Assembly (NCBI GenBank): GCA_035944075.1
Contig: DASZBO010000017.1
Location: forward strand, 13,090-77,089
DNA length: 64,000 bases
From: Sphingomicrobium sp.
GTDB lineage: Bacteria > Pseudomonadota > Alphaproteobacteria > Sphingomonadales > Sphingomonadaceae
Direction of reading: 5' to 3'
Made by a program: the position numbers and the translations under genes. This document shows positions 38,452 to 48,969 of the stretch, piece after piece; the stretch's first letter is position 1; every line of letters starts with the position of its first letter. Under the pieces are notes generated by a model. It saw only the letters and a program-made list of their open reading frames with translations. It had not been told where the DNA came from and did no database searches.

Positions 38452-39627
38452 ATGCAGGTGACCCTGCTAATCGCCCTAATTCTCGCTCCCTTTACGCTGC
38501 TAACGATCTGCTTCGCCATCGAGGTGTTCGTCGGTCTTGTGCCGTTGCCGCGGCGCATTTTTGCAGAGAGCGATGGGAGTGCCGTGATCGTCGTTCCTGC
38601 GCACGATGAGGAGCTTGGTCTGCGTCTTACGTTGCGGCACTTGAAGGGCGAGCTCGGGGCTCACGTGCGCATCCTAGTGGTCGCGGACAATTGCGTCGAC
38701 AGTACTGCGCAAGTTGCAAAGGAGCAGGGGGTTGAACTGATCGAGCGGTTAGACGCGGTCCGCAAAGGGAAGGGCTTTGCCCTTGACTTTGCCAGGTCTC
38801 ATCTCATGAATGATCCACCGCAGGTGGTTGTCATCGTTGATGCTGACTGCACCATGGACGCACGAAGTCTAATGAACTTAATTGGTGCGTGCGAGGCGTC
38901 CGAAAGGCCGTGTCAGGCAATTAACCTCCAGAAGCCAAATTACGAGGCTTCGCCGGCGGTCCAACTTTCTACTTTCGCTTTTTTCATAAAAAATGTGGTC
39001 CGTCAGCGCGCGCTTCAGCGGCTGGCACGACGAGTCAATCTACTTGGCACAGGCATGGCTTTCCCGTGGCCGATCTTCGCCGAAGCCTCTCTGGCCACAA
39101 ATAGCATCGTCGAAGATCTCAAACTGGGACAAGAGCTGGCCTTAGCCGGGCACGCGCCGCTCCTTGTCGAAGATGCGAACGTCTGGAGCAAGGCCGAGAC
39201 CAAGCGAAATACACTCTCCCAGCGAAGGCGGTGGGAAGGAGGTTTTCTCCAGACCGCGATGCGAGTGGGGCCGCCAATGTTTTGGCGATCCCTGATCAGG
39301 ATTGACGCGCCAGGAGTATGGGCGGGGATACACTTGATGATACCGCCGTTCGCACTCCTAATCCTACTCGACGTGGTCGGACTAATCCTTGCGACCGGCT
39401 CTAGTTTGGTTACAGGCACGGCCTTATGGCCGGTTCTGGTGTTGGCAGTAGGTCTAATCTTTGCATTCGTGGCGCTCGCATGCGCGTGGTGCGCGGGGGG
39501 CTCACGATTCGTTAGTCTTGCCGCACTTACTCGGGCACCATTCTACGTTTTATGGAAGCTTCCGATGTATATTGCGTTCGCAAGGGCTGGCATGCCCCAA
39601 GAATGGCAACGCACTGAGCGCGAATAA
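38452..39627 (+). CDS. Membrane GT2 glycosyltransferase with a QxxRW motif
   Basis: VVPAHDEE, VADNCVDST, VDADC, VEDL, SQRRRWE, flanking TM segments. Confidence 0.88.
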   Translation: MQVTLLIALILAPFTLLTICFAIEVFVGLVPLPRRIFAESDGSAVIVVPAHDEELGLRLTLRHLKGELGAHVRILVVADNCVDSTAQVAKEQGVELIERLDAVRKGKGFALDFARSHLMNDPPQVVVIVDADCTMDARSLMNLIGACEASERPCQAINLQKPNYEASPAVQLSTFAFFIKNVVRQRALQRLARRVNLLGTGMAFPWPIFAEASLATNSIVEDLKLGQELALAGHAPLLVEDANVWSKAETKRNTLSQRRRWEGGFLQTAMRVGPPMFWRSLIRIDAPGVWAGIHLMIPPFALLILLDVVGLILATGSSLVTGTALWPVLVLAVGLIFAFVALACAWCAGGSRFVSLAALTRAPFYVLWKLPMYIAFARAGMPQEWQRTERE

Positions 39628-39700
39628 ATTGAATTTTGCTCGCGTGCGTTCCGTAGGGAGTTCGTGGCTTTTCGTCGCATTTTTAGAGTAGGCCTGAGTG

Positions 39701-40576
39701 TCACACGCATCGGAAATAGCGTTGCGTCGTTCGTTGCTTGAGCGCAGCCTTGCCGACATCCTTGAGTAATCGTCTGAATGAAGTTGTCACAAACGCGGGG
39801 GCCTTGAAGATCGGTTGGAAGCCGACACGCGCCATCATTTTGACCAAGGAATCCGGCGTGAACGCGTTGATGTGCTCAAGCGGATGAATTGTGTAGTAAC
39901 TTTGCCGATCGTTGATTGCGTGAACTCCAGACGCATCCGGAACCTCAACAATCATGATCCCGCCAGAATTCAATCGCTTGCGAAGCGCGCGGAGTGTGCC
40001 AAGCGGGTCATCCAGATGTTCCAGTACCTCGAACATGGTGATTGCGTCGAAAGTGCCTGGCACCTGATCGAGCTCAGGAAATACTGCAATGTTTGCGCCT
40101 GAGCGTCGGGCATCAGACCGGTCGACACCCACTGCATCGAGACCGAACAGCTGACACATCTCGATGAAATGTCCAAAGCCGCAACCAAAATCGAGTAAGC
40201 GGCTGACGCCTAATTGCCGAAGGCGAAGCACATGCTGCGCATGCGCGGGCGCGGGACTTTCGCCGGTTCCGTGTGTCGCTTCAAACTGACGGATCGCATC
40301 CTCGCTCATCCACTTTGAAAAGCGGACTTCATTCCAATGCGGCGACAGGATGTTGCGGTGGAAACGCATAGAGCAGGCGGAGCACTCGACTAAAGACCAC
40401 CGGTGCTGCGCCAGCACAGGAAGCGGGTTCTCGCCCCAGGGGTCCGCATCAATGAACGAGCGTAGCGGCTCGTCGTTGAATGATCCTCCCGTGACCTCCG
40501 TCAGGTCGTTTGACATGCAGGACAGGCAGCTAACCCGAGAGACAAAAACGGGCGGAGTCTCGATTTTGGTACGCAT
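39701..40576 (-). CDS. Class I SAM-dependent methyltransferase with an N-terminal Zn ribbon
   Basis: CLSC...CSAC, LLDFGCGFG, FDAITMFEVLEHLDDP, EHINAFT. Confidence 0.88.
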   Translation of the reverse strand: MRTKIETPPVFVSRVSCLSCMSNDLTEVTGGSFNDEPLRSFIDADPWGENPLPVLAQHRWSLVECSACSMRFHRNILSPHWNEVRFSKWMSEDAIRQFEATHGTGESPAPAHAQHVLRLRQLGVSRLLDFGCGFGHFIEMCQLFGLDAVGVDRSDARRSGANIAVFPELDQVPGTFDAITMFEVLEHLDDPLGTLRALRKRLNSGGIMIVEVPDASGVHAINDRQSYYTIHPLEHINAFTPDSLVKMMARVGFQPIFKAPAFVTTSFRRLLKDVGKAALKQRTTQRYFRCV

Positions 40577-40878
40577 GGTTTCCTTCCCCCCGTCAGCACA
40601 AAATACTGGGATATCGGATCAACAAACGCAATGAAGAGCAGATGTTAAAAGTTTTTACCCGGCGCCGCTCGCCCTTGCAGTCGAGTGTCATTGCGTAGAA
40701 AATCCCGGGTGGGTTTCGGTCGCGCTGATGTGCCACTTGCCGCTGTTGCGCATCAATCCATCGGATACTTCGTATACTAGCGGCAGATAAACGCCGTTAG
40801 GAACTTCTCAAGGAATCAAACACACCATAATCACGCAAGCACTTAAAAACGGACGACATTTCGTTTATTCCGGGGTGG

Positions 40879-42171
40879 GTGACATTTATGGTAACAAAAA
40901 TTAAATTTCCGCGAGGAGTCGCCGTCGGCATTTTCGGTGTAGCTGTTTTGACTGCTTGCAGCTCCAACCATAGCGCGGCGACGGGCAAGAGGACGCCGGC
41001 GAACGCGGTGGCGACCACTACCACCTTAACGACGAGTGCGGCGGCGGCTACTACTACCGCGACCACGACGACGTCGACGGGCGGCTGGGTTGCTTCGCCC
41101 AATGGCGCCAAAGGTGAATCTGACGTGGCGGATAATTTCAACGTCCAGTCTACGTTGCAACCAGATCCAACAACGGTGCCTGTTATGGCGGATCCCGTCG
41201 GAGCGTTTCGATTTGAATGTCTCTCAGGCCAACTCGCGAAGGACGATCCGATCGTTTACCCGGGTCAGCCCGGAAAATCCCATCTGCACCAGTTCTTTGG
41301 TAACATGCTGACGAACGCTTCATCGACTTATCAGAGCCTGCGCACGTCAGGTGGCTCAACATGCACCGGTAATGCGAACAGCACGGATCCTACGCCACAG
41401 CGGTCCGCCTACTGGATGCCGGCGATGCTGGATGGTGCTGGCAATGCTGTGAAGCCAAATCGCATGCTGACCTACTACAAACAGCTCCCGAACAATAATC
41501 CCGAGTGCGGTGCAGCTCCCGATTCAACTCACATCGGCTATTGCGTTGCGATGCCGAACGGCCTTCGGATGATCACGGGTTATAATATGGACTCTGGAAA
41601 GGGCGGTCCTGCAGACACCACCAGCGCCGATCAGTGGACCATGCACTTCGACTGTTGGCTGCCTACCGGTGCTGTCACCCCAGCAGAACCAACGCTGGCA
41701 GCCGTCGTGGCTACAGGCACTTGTCCCGCAGGTTCATTATTGCGGGTGTTGATCGACTTTCCCCAGTGCTGGGATGGTAAGAATCTGGACAGCCCAGACC
41801 ACCGAGCGCATATGAGTGACGAAGTCGGAGCGGCTCTGCCCGATGGAAGTCGAGCATGCCCATCAGATCACCCGTATAATATCCCCAGCATAACGATTCA
41901 GGCGTTTTTCACGACAGATGCAAATTTTGTTGCCGGCAAATGGCATCTCTCCTCAGACGACATGCTGCCCGGTGCTGCAGCTGGGACGACGCTCCACGGA
42001 GATTATTGGGAGGCTTGGTCGCCCACAATCAAAAATCAGTGGCAAGTCGGCTGCATCGACGCGCATCTCAGCTGCAACAATGGTCAACTCGGCAACGGAC
42101 AAACGATCAAGGGGATGCCGCAAGGCCCATGGCCCGACCACGTGCTCGTGCCGCTGAGTTCAATTCCGTAA
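40879..42171 (+). CDS. DUF1996-domain secreted/lipoprotein with a Thr-rich linker
   Basis: VLTAC lipobox; DDPIVYPGQPGKSHLHQFFGN, SAYWMP, FPQCWDGKNLDSPDH, CPSDHP, LHGDYW. Confidence 0.85.
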   Translation: MTFMVTKIKFPRGVAVGIFGVAVLTACSSNHSAATGKRTPANAVATTTTLTTSAAAATTTATTTTSTGGWVASPNGAKGESDVADNFNVQSTLQPDPTTVPVMADPVGAFRFECLSGQLAKDDPIVYPGQPGKSHLHQFFGNMLTNASSTYQSLRTSGGSTCTGNANSTDPTPQRSAYWMPAMLDGAGNAVKPNRMLTYYKQLPNNNPECGAAPDSTHIGYCVAMPNGLRMITGYNMDSGKGGPADTTSADQWTMHFDCWLPTGAVTPAEPTLAAVVATGTCPAGSLLRVLIDFPQCWDGKNLDSPDHRAHMSDEVGAALPDGSRACPSDHPYNIPSITIQAFFTTDANFVAGKWHLSSDDMLPGAAAGTTLHGDYWEAWSPTIKNQWQVGCIDAHLSCNNGQLGNGQTIKGMPQGPWPDHVLVPLSSIP

Positions 42172-42268
42172 TCACGTGTTCTAACCGAAACGATTAGTTG
42201 GATAGTAAAACTCGAATCCGGGTTCGTTGCCCGCTGAACGCGGCCAGCAAACGTTCCGCGAATTGCCC

Positions 42269-42310
42269 GATCGCGCTGTGATAATCGAATCATCACAGCG
42301 CGATCATTTT
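42269..42310 (+). terminator. Strong hairpin, probable terminator after the DUF1996 gene
   Basis: Perfect 14-bp inverted repeat GATCGCGCTGTGAT-N9-ATCACAGCGCGATC followed by ATTTT. Confidence 0.6.
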
Positions 42311-42402
42311 CCTGCGCATTGGTTTATAGCTGAGAACGTCGATTAAGGTGAGCCTACACTAAGGTACGAACAGGCGTCCTTTATTGGCGATGACTTCGCA
42401 TC

Positions 42403-43464
42403 ATGATAGCGTCGCCGCAAATACGAAGATGGGAGTGGATCGAGTTGGAGGCAGTCAGGTCTAATGAGGGCACTGTCGCAATCGAAATACCCCCGTACAG
42501 AGTGCCCGGATCTTGGATGATTGGCGCAACGACGCATGCCGTGGACCGAATGGTTGCCGACGTTGAGCGCATATGGATTCCAGATTATGTCCCTGAAGTT
42601 GGAACGGGAGAGGTGCGCTTTCAATTGCGAAAGCAGTCGATCTCTCCGGCAATCGTAAGAACTTCTCGCAAGTTGCGATTGCTGAACAAACTACGACCAC
42701 CCGGTGAAATCAACGTAGATAAGGAAGTGTTCTTCGACGTTCGTACCGACGACTACTTTAACTGGTCTCATCAGGTTAACTTCTATCTTTCACTCGCCTT
42801 GGCTGCGCGCAAATGGCTCGGCGAGGATCTATTGATTGTCCTTCCGACGGGAATGCCAAGGATAACCTTTGAGCTGTACGAGCTTTTTGGATTCACGACC
42901 CTTGTTACGGATGGACCCGTAACCGGCCGCCAATGTTCTTGGAGCGTCCCGCATTGGGAAGTCGTAGCTTACGGCCGAAAAATACTTGTGCCGGAGCAGT
43001 TCAGTTTTCAGCCCTTCGATACACCAAGAAAGGTGTTTATCGCTCGCCGCGGTTTGCGATCAATCTCGAACGAACATGAAGTGCAAGCGACGCTTCCAGG
43101 GTACACAAAAGTCTACACCGAGGACCTTTCAGCCGCTGAGCAGTTCGCACTTTTTCAGAATGCAACCCACATTGTATCGGTGCATGGAGCGGCGCTTGCG
43201 CCTATGCAATATAGATCACGATCAGAACCGCCGCTGCGGTTGATTGAGATTTCGCCAGTAGGTCACATGACACGATGGTTCGGCGTCATGTGCCATCAGA
43301 TCGGTGGTCGATACATCCAAGTGAGGGGCCGTTTGAAACCAGAATACATTTCTCATTTATATCGCAGCGATCCCTACTTCACGCACACGAATGATAGCTT
43401 CGAAGTCGACCCAAGAAGCCTAGAAGTTGCCTTGAACACAATCGATCAATTGACCTGCCCTTGA
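42403..43464 (+). CDS. Glycosyltransferase family 61 (DUF563)-like
   Basis: KVFIARR..RSISNE.EV, EQFALFQNATHIVSVHGAALA. Confidence 0.78.
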   Translation: MIASPQIRRWEWIELEAVRSNEGTVAIEIPPYRVPGSWMIGATTHAVDRMVADVERIWIPDYVPEVGTGEVRFQLRKQSISPAIVRTSRKLRLLNKLRPPGEINVDKEVFFDVRTDDYFNWSHQVNFYLSLALAARKWLGEDLLIVLPTGMPRITFELYELFGFTTLVTDGPVTGRQCSWSVPHWEVVAYGRKILVPEQFSFQPFDTPRKVFIARRGLRSISNEHEVQATLPGYTKVYTEDLSAAEQFALFQNATHIVSVHGAALAPMQYRSRSEPPLRLIEISPVGHMTRWFGVMCHQIGGRYIQVRGRLKPEYISHLYRSDPYFTHTNDSFEVDPRSLEVALNTIDQLTCP

Positions 43465-43540
43465 ACGCGGCCGGTGAAAATCCCATTGCTGTATTCAAAA
43501 AGGGGCTGCGCCTACTGTGCACAAAAGTTAGATTGCTGAA

Positions 43541-44563
43541 ATGACCACGTTTTCTATAGCTATGTGTACTTACAACGGTGCGAAGTATCTGCCCGAGCAG
43601 CTCGAAAGTCTTCTCTGCCTCGATCCTGCGCCTATTGAACTCGTCGTCGGAGACGACGGTTCCACCGACGATACGGTCGCCATACTTAACCAATTCTCGT
43701 CAAGATCTCCGTTCCCAGTTCGGATCACGAGCAACTCCAGACAGCTTGGATACGGAGAGAACTTTATTCAGGCCGCGAGCCGATGCTCCGGCGACTGGGT
43801 TGCCTTTTGCGATCAGGATGATGTTTGGCTGCCTTCAAAGCTAGGGAGATGCCGCGAGGCAATTGAATCCGGGCCTTCCGACCTTGGGTTGATTGTTCAC
43901 AACGCGATTATCGGTGACGCCAACCTCAACCCAAGAGGACGAATGCATTGGCCCAAACCCGGTCTCTATCCGCGACTCACGCTACCGCCCGATTGGCTGG
44001 TGTACGGGTTTAGGCAGGTCGTTCGCCGATCGCTCTTCGATGAGATTTCACCCAGGAACCGGTGTCTATCTTGGATTGGCGTGCCCGACGCTCACGACGG
44101 GTGGATCTGTTTAATCGCAGGCGTGACCGGCAGCGTTGTCGTACTTGACGATCCTTTAGCTATCTACCGACGCCATGAGGCAAATACAACTGAAGAGTTC
44201 GGTTTTGCGCGCAGATCTATTCTAAAACGTGCACGAGACAAGATCCGCAAAAGCGCGGAGGTCTATCAGCGGAATTCCGCAGTTTATGCTTCAATCGCGG
44301 AATGCTTATCGGGGTTGGCCAGTGCCCAGCGGAAGCCTGAACGGAGGGATCAGTTCCTAGCAGCCTCGGGTAAGGTAGCCAAACTTAGTCTTGTATTCGC
44401 CGCGCGCGCAGCGACTATCGAGGGTCGCAACTTAAGAGAACGTCTCGGATCGTTTTGGACTTTGACGCGCGAGGGCGCTTATTACGCCGATCACGGGGTC
44501 TTTGGGACTCGCGAAGCCGCTTTAGATTTGCTCAGAGTATTTCTGCCGTATCAGTCGAATTAA
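43541..44563 (+). CDS. Glycosyltransferase family 2
   Basis: IAMCTYNGAKYLPEQLESL, VGDDGSTDDT, FCDQDDVWLPSK, AHDGW, YRRH. Confidence 0.92.
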   Translation: MTTFSIAMCTYNGAKYLPEQLESLLCLDPAPIELVVGDDGSTDDTVAILNQFSSRSPFPVRITSNSRQLGYGENFIQAASRCSGDWVAFCDQDDVWLPSKLGRCREAIESGPSDLGLIVHNAIIGDANLNPRGRMHWPKPGLYPRLTLPPDWLVYGFRQVVRRSLFDEISPRNRCLSWIGVPDAHDGWICLIAGVTGSVVVLDDPLAIYRRHEANTTEEFGFARRSILKRARDKIRKSAEVYQRNSAVYASIAECLSGLASAQRKPERRDQFLAASGKVAKLSLVFAARAATIEGRNLRERLGSFWTLTREGAYYADHGVFGTREAALDLLRVFLPYQSN

Positions 44564-44799
44564 TAGTTCCGTCCGAAAACTAGATTCGGCATCTGCTCAG
44601 AGATCACTACAGGAACATCCCTCTCCGACGAACAAAATTGAGCCTAATGGAGTGCCAGACCGAAACGACCGCCGATTGGGCGCACAATGTTCCGTTTTGA
44701 CCCACGCATTCGCATCAAACGATGACAGCACCGGTGGCGAAGTTGTACGAAGCAATTGGTTTGACTAAATCAAATTCATTTCCGTAGGAGTGCAGTGAA

Positions 44800-45954
44800 T
44801 TGTCAGTCCGCAGGCTTGTCGTCGCTGGTGAAGCCGCGGATCCGATCACTAATAACTTTGACGCGTTGCGTTTAGCGATGGCTTTGTTTGTAATATGGTC
44901 GCACTCGTTCGCGATTCATTGCGGAAGCGAGAAGGGAGAGTGGCTCTCTTTAGCGCTGCACGGCGCGTACAACGCCGGCAACGTGGGCGTGATGGCATTT
45001 TTCGTAATCAGTGGATTCCTAATAACCCAATCGTACGAACGCTCTAGGTCAAAATACGCATACTTCCTAAAGCGGGTGCGTCGTATTTACCCCGGCTACC
45101 TAGTGGCCACCACCATTAGCGCATGCCTATTCCTACATTTCATAGCCCCAACAGCCACCGTCACTGGATCCGGCTGGCTTAGGATGATCGGCATGAACTT
45201 GTTTCTGCAGAGCAACTCGCCGGTCCCGAATCCACAAGGCTACGTACATGGCGGCCTGCTATCTATAAATGGCGCGCTTTGGAGTATTCCGTACGAATTC
45301 TGGTGCTACATTGCAGTGGCCCTTTTCGGCGCATTGCGGCTTTTGCGAATCCGCTGGTTTCTTGTTCTTGCGCTCATTTTTATCATGGTGGTGCACGTCA
45401 GCTTACGTGCAATGCGCATAGAACCGGGTCTCGGTATTGTAGGGCTCGTTATAGGCGTGCCGTCTGTGTGGACTACGATGGCACCGTGTTTTTTGCTCGG
45501 AATGATCGCCTACACCTTTCGCGCGACTCTGCCGCGCAATGCTGTTCTGCTTGTCTTACTTATCAGCGCGACCGTGGTGGGCTGTTGGACAGATGACAGC
45601 CTCGGCTTCCTGCTGTTTCTCCCGAGCCTCGCGTACACCGTCTTTTACGTGTCATTCGCCGATGGGATACCGTTTCATAATGCCGCAAAATATGGCGATT
45701 TCTCGTATGGTACCTACTTATACGGCTTTCTCATTCAGATGACCCTTCAGTTCACAATAGGCCGCAACTGGAGCCTCGCTACATTTTTTCTCGTTTCAGC
45801 TGCACTCGCCCTCGTTGCCGGAGCCTTGAGCTGGCATTTCGTCGAAAAGTGGTTCCTCCCGCGGCGCCAGCAGTGCTCCAAGAGGCACGATAAGCAACAT
45901 CTCATACCAGAATGGCCGAGCGGGGCGAAGCAGTGCTGCAAGCTGCGATCTTAA
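44800..45954 (+). CDS. Acyltransferase-3 (OafA-like) membrane O-acyltransferase
   Basis: NNFDALRL..A..VIWSH, FFVISGFLI..S, RRIYP, NGALWSIPYE, DFSYGTYLY, SWHFVEK. Confidence 0.9.
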   Translation: MSVRRLVVAGEAADPITNNFDALRLAMALFVIWSHSFAIHCGSEKGEWLSLALHGAYNAGNVGVMAFFVISGFLITQSYERSRSKYAYFLKRVRRIYPGYLVATTISACLFLHFIAPTATVTGSGWLRMIGMNLFLQSNSPVPNPQGYVHGGLLSINGALWSIPYEFWCYIAVALFGALRLLRIRWFLVLALIFIMVVHVSLRAMRIEPGLGIVGLVIGVPSVWTTMAPCFLLGMIAYTFRATLPRNAVLLVLLISATVVGCWTDDSLGFLLFLPSLAYTVFYVSFADGIPFHNAAKYGDFSYGTYLYGFLIQMTLQFTIGRNWSLATFFLVSAALALVAGALSWHFVEKWFLPRRQQCSKRHDKQHLIPEWPSGAKQCCKLRS

Positions 45955-46026
45955 AGAGCGCCTTTAAAATCTAACATAGCATGCAACGGACTCTGCCGTG
46001 GTTGAGGATTTGCGGATCGCTCATTA

Positions 46027-47457
46027 GTGAAGATGTATCAGCGATCTCCGGAGTTGATCGAAATCCCGAATTGGTTTGCATATGTAGCACTCGCCGGTTG
46101 GCCGTTTGCCTGTGTCGCGCTGTTCAACAGGCTGCCGATCGAAAAAGCTGCGGTTTGGTCACTGTTGGGCGGCTACATGCTGCTGCCATCCGACCTATTC
46201 ATCGATCTGCCGCTGCTACATCCGATGGACAAGATGGCGATTAGCGCACTTGCTACGCTCCTGTTATGCTGGATGAAGGGTGGCCAAGAACGCGTGGTTC
46301 GAAGGTCTATCCTCATCTACATCCTTGGATTTGGCTTCGTCATTGCGCCGATCCTCACGAGCTTAGGCAACAGTTATGAGCTCCAGGAGGCAGGTAAAAG
46401 CGTCCATGGTTTCTATCCGATGGACGGTGTGAAGTTCGCGGGCAGGAATCTGCTGATGCTCATCCCTTTTCATATCGGCAGAAGATACCTCTCGAGCGAA
46501 GCTGCGCGAATTCTGCTCCTCAAGGCGGTACCGTCTGCCATGGTAATCTACAGCCTCCCCATGCTCTTCGAACTAAGGATGAGCCCGCAACTCCACCGTC
46601 AAGTGTACGGTTATTTCCCAAGCTCTTTTGTGCAGCAAATGCGCGACGGCGGTTTCAGGCCAGTAGTTTTTTTCTCCCATGGTCTGGAGCTCGCTTTTTT
46701 CACTTCCTTAGCCGTGCTCTGCGCCTTTGTGGTGACTAGATCGCGGCTGCGTCTGCTGAGAACAGATCCGCGGATCATTGCAGCTTACCTCAGCGGATTA
46801 TTAGTGCTGTGTAAGTCGCTGGGGCCCCTGAGTTACTCACTCGTTTTTGCGCCCATCATTGCGTTCACAAAACCGCGGCTTTGGACCAAGCTTGGGTGTG
46901 CCGTCTCGCTCATCGTTTGTGCGTACCCTTTCCTGCGATCGCATAGTTTGGCGCCGACAAACCTCATCTCCGATGTTGCCATGAAAGTCAGCGCCGAGCG
47001 CGATGCGTCACTGAAGGTGCGTCTCGAAAATGAAGATATGCTGCTCGCTAAGGCTGAGCAGAAGCCATGGTTCGGATGGGGCGCTTGGAGCCGGAACCGG
47101 GTCTTCGATAAGTGGACTGGGAAAGACATTTCACTAACCGATGGCACTTGGATTATTTACTTCGGCATGTATGGTTGGCTTGGATACTTGTCCTTCTTCG
47201 GCTTGCTCGCAAGTGCGCTTTTCCAAGCACATCGCACTATCGGACACGAACTCACGCGAGCAAGCGTGACAATAGGAGGCTTGTCGCTGCTCCTAACCGC
47301 GTCTCTGATCAACTGCATTCCAAATTCAGTCGGAGAGTGGTTGTTGTTCCTGTTGGCTGGTACCATTGCGAGCCGGTCACCCGTCAGAGCCACACACGAA
47401 AGGGGCGCACAAATTGCTCAACCGCAACCTGCTTTCGCTGGGATGGGGGCGGTCTAA
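46027..47457 (+). CDS. Wzy/O-antigen-ligase-like polymerase
   Basis: Multiple TM segments, RPVVFFSHGL, periplasmic loop, KPWFGWG, DGTWII. Confidence 0.78.
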   Translation: MKMYQRSPELIEIPNWFAYVALAGWPFACVALFNRLPIEKAAVWSLLGGYMLLPSDLFIDLPLLHPMDKMAISALATLLLCWMKGGQERVVRRSILIYILGFGFVIAPILTSLGNSYELQEAGKSVHGFYPMDGVKFAGRNLLMLIPFHIGRRYLSSEAARILLLKAVPSAMVIYSLPMLFELRMSPQLHRQVYGYFPSSFVQQMRDGGFRPVVFFSHGLELAFFTSLAVLCAFVVTRSRLRLLRTDPRIIAAYLSGLLVLCKSLGPLSYSLVFAPIIAFTKPRLWTKLGCAVSLIVCAYPFLRSHSLAPTNLISDVAMKVSAERDASLKVRLENEDMLLAKAEQKPWFGWGAWSRNRVFDKWTGKDISLTDGTWIIYFGMYGWLGYLSFFGLLASALFQAHRTIGHELTRASVTIGGLSLLLTASLINCIPNSVGEWLLFLLAGTIASRSPVRATHERGAQIAQPQPAFAGMGAV

Positions 47458-47465
47458 ACTTAGTG

Positions 47466-48812
47466 TCAGATGTGGCGCAAAATGATTTCGCCGACGTAGC
47501 TCGCAATTCTACCTGCGGCCCCACCCATAACAATCACTAGCACTAGTGACAGCTCGCGCGACCAAGACACTAGATGAGTTCGGGCCAGGCGCCATACACC
47601 ATACCCGTAAGCCGGTACCTGGACTGAGCCGATTGTGATGACAAGGACCATTGAATTCCCGCTCATGAGCCCGAGAAAGGCGCCTACGGCTAGCCATGTT
47701 AGCCGGATGATATTCATTTCCACTGAAATGCGTGGACGTCCTTTCGCAACTTCCAATCGCTCAACCGAAACAGTCGCAAGACTTAGGGCTGTGCTCACTG
47801 CAAGAATGCTTAAGTAAGGCGCGACCGGGGCATATCGACGGTCGTAAAGTATCCGAACAACGAGGTCAGCTGCTCCTATCAGGCCCCCGCCCGCAAACGC
47901 ATACAGGTAAAAAAAACGCCTCCAGCAACCGTAGTAAGCCTCAGCAATAGAGCGACCTTCGCGCCACGCCGCGGCCACGGCGGGATAAGTGATTGTCGAC
48001 CCGTAGTTGACGGCGAACGCGGTAGGCAAGGATGCCAGCGAAGCGGCGAGAACATACAGACCAAACTTCTCAAGAGGCAGAATGCGACCGAGCGCGAGCT
48101 TGTCGAACTGACCAACGACGAGCATCAGGGAGCTTGAGATCGCGACGACGCGCGAAAAGCTCCAAAGGTCTGCCGCAACTTCACGATCGCGACGAAACTG
48201 GTGGCGGCCGCCCGGAAAGAGTGCGTAGGTACACCAAGCCCGAACAGAGCTCGCAATTAGCATCGATCCGACGATCGCCCAAACGTTGCGTAGCAAGAAA
48301 GCAAGGATAATGCCGGTAATTGTTTGGCTTACACCCGTGACCAAATCCAAGGCGGCAAAACGCTGAACCATCCCATCGCGAAGCGCTCGAAATTGATGCA
48401 AAGACACTTGCCCGTCGATCACGAAGACCAGCGAAGAGACGACGAGCGGTGCAAAAAGTTGCGGTTTACTCATGATAGAGGAGATCGGCCAGGCGAGGAT
48501 CGTAGCGATCACCGCAAGAAACACTCCTCGCACAGCGTGAATGGAGAATACCGCATCGAGAAAGCCCGGTTCGTCGCTGCGTTCGTGGCGCACAACGTAG
48601 GATTGCAGACCGATATCAGTGATCATGTTAACCATATAAAAAATGGATAAAATGATCCCTACAATACCGTACACGCTCGGCGATAAGAGACGTGTTAGGC
48701 ACATAGTGCTCACGAGACGAATAGCGTTCGTCACAATTGTACTAAGTGCGAGAGCGGAACTCCCTGACAAGCGCACTCTGGTGAGCCAGTTCTCCTTCAT
48801 GCCTGCCTGCAC
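47466..48812 (-). CDS. wzx: Wzx-type polysaccharide flippase
   Basis: RLLSPSVYG, DIGL..YVV, multiple TM segments, FDKLALGRILP..FGLY. Confidence 0.85.
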   Translation of the reverse strand: MQAGMKENWLTRVRLSGSSALALSTIVTNAIRLVSTMCLTRLLSPSVYGIVGIILSIFYMVNMITDIGLQSYVVRHERSDEPGFLDAVFSIHAVRGVFLAVIATILAWPISSIMSKPQLFAPLVVSSLVFVIDGQVSLHQFRALRDGMVQRFAALDLVTGVSQTITGIILAFLLRNVWAIVGSMLIASSVRAWCTYALFPGGRHQFRRDREVAADLWSFSRVVAISSSLMLVVGQFDKLALGRILPLEKFGLYVLAASLASLPTAFAVNYGSTITYPAVAAAWREGRSIAEAYYGCWRRFFYLYAFAGGGLIGAADLVVRILYDRRYAPVAPYLSILAVSTALSLATVSVERLEVAKGRPRISVEMNIIRLTWLAVGAFLGLMSGNSMVLVITIGSVQVPAYGYGVWRLARTHLVSWSRELSLVLVIVMGGAAGRIASYVGEIILRHI

Positions 48813-48969
48813 CGCGCCTCTCTATCAAACTTGATCCATTCGCTGACAGTCATTGAGGAATGCTGATCCTCCATCATTCCAGGATCGGCAGACGAGCGCA
48901 CTGATCGCCAACCCCTCGAGGATATAGCCGAATGGCACGAATTATGCGTGAACTGACGCACAAATGGCG

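Noticed and set aside
48933-48948. Sigma54-like TGGCACG-N4-ATGC on the plus strand
   Set aside because: Points antisense into the GT4 gene with no plus-strand gene downstream; a single hit is compatible with chance
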